A stretch of DNA of 61,005 nt from a virus (lineage: Duplodnaviria > Caudoviricetes): positions 1 through 61,005 of IMG/VR virus record IMGVR_UViG_3300013286_000627. One strand, written 5' to 3'. This document shows positions 57,759 through 61,005 of the stretch, piece by piece (the stretch's first letter is position 1; every line of letters begins with the position of its first letter). The notes under the pieces were generated by a model. It saw only the letters and a list, made by a program, of their open reading frames with translations. It had not been told where the DNA came from and did not search any database. A program made the translations under genes and the position numbers.

Positions 57759-60695
57759 ATGACAAAACAGAATATCAATGTAGGATCAGGTGAATTATCA
57801 GGGGATGGTGAAAGTCTTCGTAGTGCCTTTGTAAAAACCAACAGCAATTTTAACGAAGTATATACTGCAATAGATGCAATACCAACAAACATAAGTGCAT
57901 TTAACAACGATGTCGGATACATAACAACTTCGTCCGAGGGACATCCAAAAAATACATTAAGCAGTGGCACCGTAGAATTAGTATATACCAGCGATAATAA
58001 ACTAACAGTTCCAGATGGGTTTAATATATCATCCGTAGGTGATATAAACTTGGAGTCGTTTAGCACCAACTCGGTTAATGTATTTGCTGAATTTCATGTT
58101 CACAGTGCATCTGCTCCGCTAACAGACCCTATCCTTCGTGTATTAGATAGCGGATCAATTCGTATGCTGGTGCCATCGGCAGATAATTTATCCGCTGCTG
58201 TTATGATCATTGGATCAACTACTACAAACTTTGTGGCTCCGCAAAACACCGGAGTCCTGTTACATTTAACTGGTCAACAATCTAATCCGTCTAGAATATA
58301 TAATGACGGAGATGGTTCATATGCAGCCTATGTTGGTCGTAGATATAACGGTACATCAAGTAATCCTCAAGCAGTAACAACTACTTCAGGCAATGCAGGG
58401 TTAATATCTCGTGTAGGTGCTACCCCTTACGTTGGAGCAGTAACTAACGGCGGGTGGCCTCAACTAACTACATCAAGAATAGAATTTAGAGCCACCGAAG
58501 ATCAAACTCCTACCAATCAAGGTAATCAAATAGAATTTTGGACAACACCGATTGGTACATCAACAATACATCAAGATATTAGCATTAGCAGTCAGGGTAT
58601 TGGATTCCGTAATGGATCATATCAAGATACCGCTGCTATTCCATTAACAGAAAAGGGTGTTGCTTACGGTGTTGCTACACTAGGGGCAGATGCCAAAGTT
58701 ACGCCTGCTCAACTACCAACAGGTGCTATTTTTTACAAAGGCGCGTGGGATGCCGGCACTAACACTCCATACTTATTTGCCAATTCTGGAACTTATGTAG
58801 TAGGTTGGGAATACAGTGTATCCAATACAGGCACGCAATCTATCGATGGCGGTGGCCCTATTGATTTTTTCCCCGGCGATTATATTATATACAATGGCAC
58901 AGGATGGGATCGTATCCCCGGAAACAAAGGAGTTGTAATAACATTTAACAGTCGTACCGGTGATGTAGTAATGAATACTACCGATGTGACTAGTGTTTTA
59001 ACTACAGGAAGTGTTAATGTTAATGCATTGAATACTCCTTATGTTACAATTAACCCCGGTGCTGGTTTAAGTGGTGGTGGGAGAGTTAATTTAGGTGCAA
59101 CTGTTAATATTAATAACGTTGGTGTAACCAGTATCATTGCAGGCACAAACATAACAGTAAGTGCAAACACTGGATCTGTTACAATTGGAACAAGTATTCC
59201 TATTGGTTATACTGGTAGTCGAGGTAGTGACGGTGTTGTAGGTTATAACGGATCAATTGGCTATACTGGTAGCAAAGGTAATACAGGCACAGGCTATACT
59301 GGATCGGCAGGAACATCCGGATCAATTGGTAATACTGGTTATACTGGATCAGCAGGAACTAATGGATCGCAAGGTAATCAAGGTCTAAATGGATTTGTAG
59401 GCAGTGCAGGAACTAACGGTACTAATGGTACAAATGGATTTACTGGATCAGCAGGTGTTCAAGGTGCTAACGGATTCACAGGTAGTATTGGTAACACAGG
59501 AACAACTGGTGCTACTGGTTATACTGGTAGTAAAGGTGATCAAGGTTCAATTGGCGGCACTGGTTATACAGGTAGCCTAGGCGGATTAGGATATACTGGA
59601 TCACAAGGTGTTGGTTATACTGGTAGTGCAAGTACTGCAAGTGGATATACAGGATCATTAGGCGGATTAGGTTATACAGGTAGTGCAGGAACAAATGGAA
59701 CTAACGGAGCCACAGGCTATACCGGTAGCCAAGGTAATACTGGAACAACTGGAGCTACTGGATACACTGGATCAGTTGGCGGTCAAGGTCAAACTGGTTC
59801 TACAGGTTATACAGGTAGCAAGGGCGATGCCGGAACTAATGGCTCTACTGGATTTACAGGCAGTCAAGGAACTCAAGGAATAACTGGTACTACTGGCTAC
59901 ACTGGTTCATTAGGCAACACCGGCTATACTGGATCAGTAGGCACAAACGGAACTACTGGTTATACTGGATCAGCAGGCGTACAAGGTAATCAAGGAACTA
60001 ATGGATATACTGGATCGGCGGGCACTAACGGAACTAATGGCGCTACTGGGTATACAGGAAGTGCAGGTACCAACGGAACTAACGGATATACTGGATCGGC
60101 GGGCACCAACGGAACTAATGGTTATACCGGTAGCCTAGGAGGTGTAGGGTATTCTGGATCACAGGGCATCCAAGGTATAACAGGTAACACAGGATACACC
60201 GGTTCATTAGGCTACACCGGTAGTGCCGGTTATATAGGTAGTACTGGTTACACAGGTAGTGCCGGTTATATAGGTAGTACTGGTTATACTGGTAGTAAAG
60301 GTGTTGCAGATGTTTATGTATCTAGTATATCAACTGGTACTGGTATAACTATCACCACATCAACCGGTGCAGTGACTATTAGTCTTAATACTGCTACGGT
60401 GATGAAACAGGCTGTAACTCTTTCTGCAATGAGTTCTATATTAGCTGGAACATTGTCCATGGACCCAACTACTATTAGTAAAGGAATAGCAGTGGTACAA
60501 ACATTTACGATAACAGGACTAACTACAAGTCACAAGGTTATTATTACTCCAGCTGCACAAATGCCAGATAAAGATTACTTTATTAAAGGTGCATGGGCAA
60601 GTGCCACCAACACATTAAGCGTAGAAATCTATAATGGTAGTAACGGCAACATTGATGCTGCTGCATTCAACGTCAGTTATATTGCCTTTGTATAA
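57759..60695 (+). CDS. Baseplate-anchored collagen-like fibre with GYTGS repeats
   Basis: N-terminal KQNINVG..GDGESLRSAFVKTNSNF (T4 gp9/gp10-like anchor); about 1.1-kb Gly-X-Y block. Confidence 0.85.
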   Translation: MTKQNINVGSGELSGDGESLRSAFVKTNSNFNEVYTAIDAIPTNISAFNNDVGYITTSSEGHPKNTLSSGTVELVYTSDNKLTVPDGFNISSVGDINLESFSTNSVNVFAEFHVHSASAPLTDPILRVLDSGSIRMLVPSADNLSAAVMIIGSTTTNFVAPQNTGVLLHLTGQQSNPSRIYNDGDGSYAAYVGRRYNGTSSNPQAVTTTSGNAGLISRVGATPYVGAVTNGGWPQLTTSRIEFRATEDQTPTNQGNQIEFWTTPIGTSTIHQDISISSQGIGFRNGSYQDTAAIPLTEKGVAYGVATLGADAKVTPAQLPTGAIFYKGAWDAGTNTPYLFANSGTYVVGWEYSVSNTGTQSIDGGGPIDFFPGDYIIYNGTGWDRIPGNKGVVITFNSRTGDVVMNTTDVTSVLTTGSVNVNALNTPYVTINPGAGLSGGGRVNLGATVNINNVGVTSIIAGTNITVSANTGSVTIGTSIPIGYTGSRGSDGVVGYNGSIGYTGSKGNTGTGYTGSAGTSGSIGNTGYTGSAGTNGSQGNQGLNGFVGSAGTNGTNGTNGFTGSAGVQGANGFTGSIGNTGTTGATGYTGSKGDQGSIGGTGYTGSLGGLGYTGSQGVGYTGSASTASGYTGSLGGLGYTGSAGTNGTNGATGYTGSQGNTGTTGATGYTGSVGGQGQTGSTGYTGSKGDAGTNGSTGFTGSQGTQGITGTTGYTGSLGNTGYTGSVGTNGTTGYTGSAGVQGNQGTNGYTGSAGTNGTNGATGYTGSAGTNGTNGYTGSAGTNGTNGYTGSLGGVGYSGSQGIQGITGNTGYTGSLGYTGSAGYIGSTGYTGSAGYIGSTGYTGSKGVADVYVSSISTGTGITITTSTGAVTISLNTATVMKQAVTLSAMSSILAGTLSMDPTTISKGIAVVQTFTITGLTTSHKVIITPAAQMPDKDYFIKGAWASATNTLSVEIYNGSNGNIDAAAFNVSYIAFV
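59205..60302 (+). repeat. GYTGS-type Gly-X-Y coding repeats
   Basis: GGTTATACTGGA/GGT repeats. Confidence 0.9.
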
Positions 60696-60964
60696 TGAGT
60701 AAAGCTATCTGGATTAACCCTGTCGTAAAAGGTTCTTGTGATCCCTTTGGAGATTGCGGTGGAAGTTGCTGTAAGGTTAAAGTTTTTAAGCCAGGGAATG
60801 CAGAATATACTGTACAGTGGTGTGAACATTTTGATGAAATTTTTCGCAGATGTAAGATATATGAAACCAGACCCAACGGATGTAGAACATATCCAACAGT
60901 AAAAAATCTAATATTACAACCAACATATCCTGGTTGCGGATATTACCTGGAAGAATTAAATTAA
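60695..60964 (+). CDS. YkgJ-like CxxCxxCC putative Fe-S/zinc protein
   Basis: CGGSCC...C...CKIYETRPNGCRTYP. Confidence 0.75.
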   Translation: MSKAIWINPVVKGSCDPFGDCGGSCCKVKVFKPGNAEYTVQWCEHFDEIFRRCKIYETRPNGCRTYPTVKNLILQPTYPGCGYYLEELN

Positions 60965-61005
60965 ATAAATATCACTATGCTACTAAATGAATTTTTCGGA
61001 AAACC

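Noticed and set aside
59205-60302. Ice-nucleation protein
   Set aside because: The periodicity is Gly-X-Y (GYTGSx), not the 16-residue AGYGSTxT repeat of InaZ-type proteins.
1-61005. Stop-codon reassignment
   Set aside because: Conserved genes are full length in code 11, TAG and TGA both end genes at sensible boundaries, and no suppressor tRNA was seen.

Overview
This window looks like part of a large (jumbo-type) tailed dsDNA phage genome that uses the standard genetic code. Spanin-like lipoproteins and a GH19 endolysin point to a Gram-negative host. In order, it contains: (1) a tRNA array (Gly, Val, Pro, Ala, Met, Gly, and later Arg) with structured spacers and an inserted TauD-type dioxygenase gene; (2) a P-loop kinase, a calcineurin-like phosphoesterase and a DUF2828-type helical+vWA (Ro60/TROVE-like) protein, the last bracketed by three related structured RNA elements; (3) an AT-rich island of glycosyltransferases, 2OG-Fe(II) oxygenases, GNATs, a desaturase and a PP-loop enzyme; (4) early/middle genes behind consensus sigma70 promoters (ugd, folE, queD, MBD4-like glycosylase, MazG-like, clpP, UDP-glucuronate decarboxylase, uvsE); (5) structural genes, including a 1551-aa sedolisin (S53) protease fused to Ig-like repeats and two collagen-like fibres; (6) a DnaE fragment, GroES, clamp loader, PhoH, a lysis cassette, DnaJ, peptide deformylase and ClpA. 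The strongest candidate for an undescribed system is the Ro60-like protein with its Y-RNA-like partners, next to RNA end-healing enzymes and tRNAs. Riboswitch-like leaders on folE and queD and recurrent leaderless genes are also notable. All assignments come from reading motifs by eye; no database searches were run.
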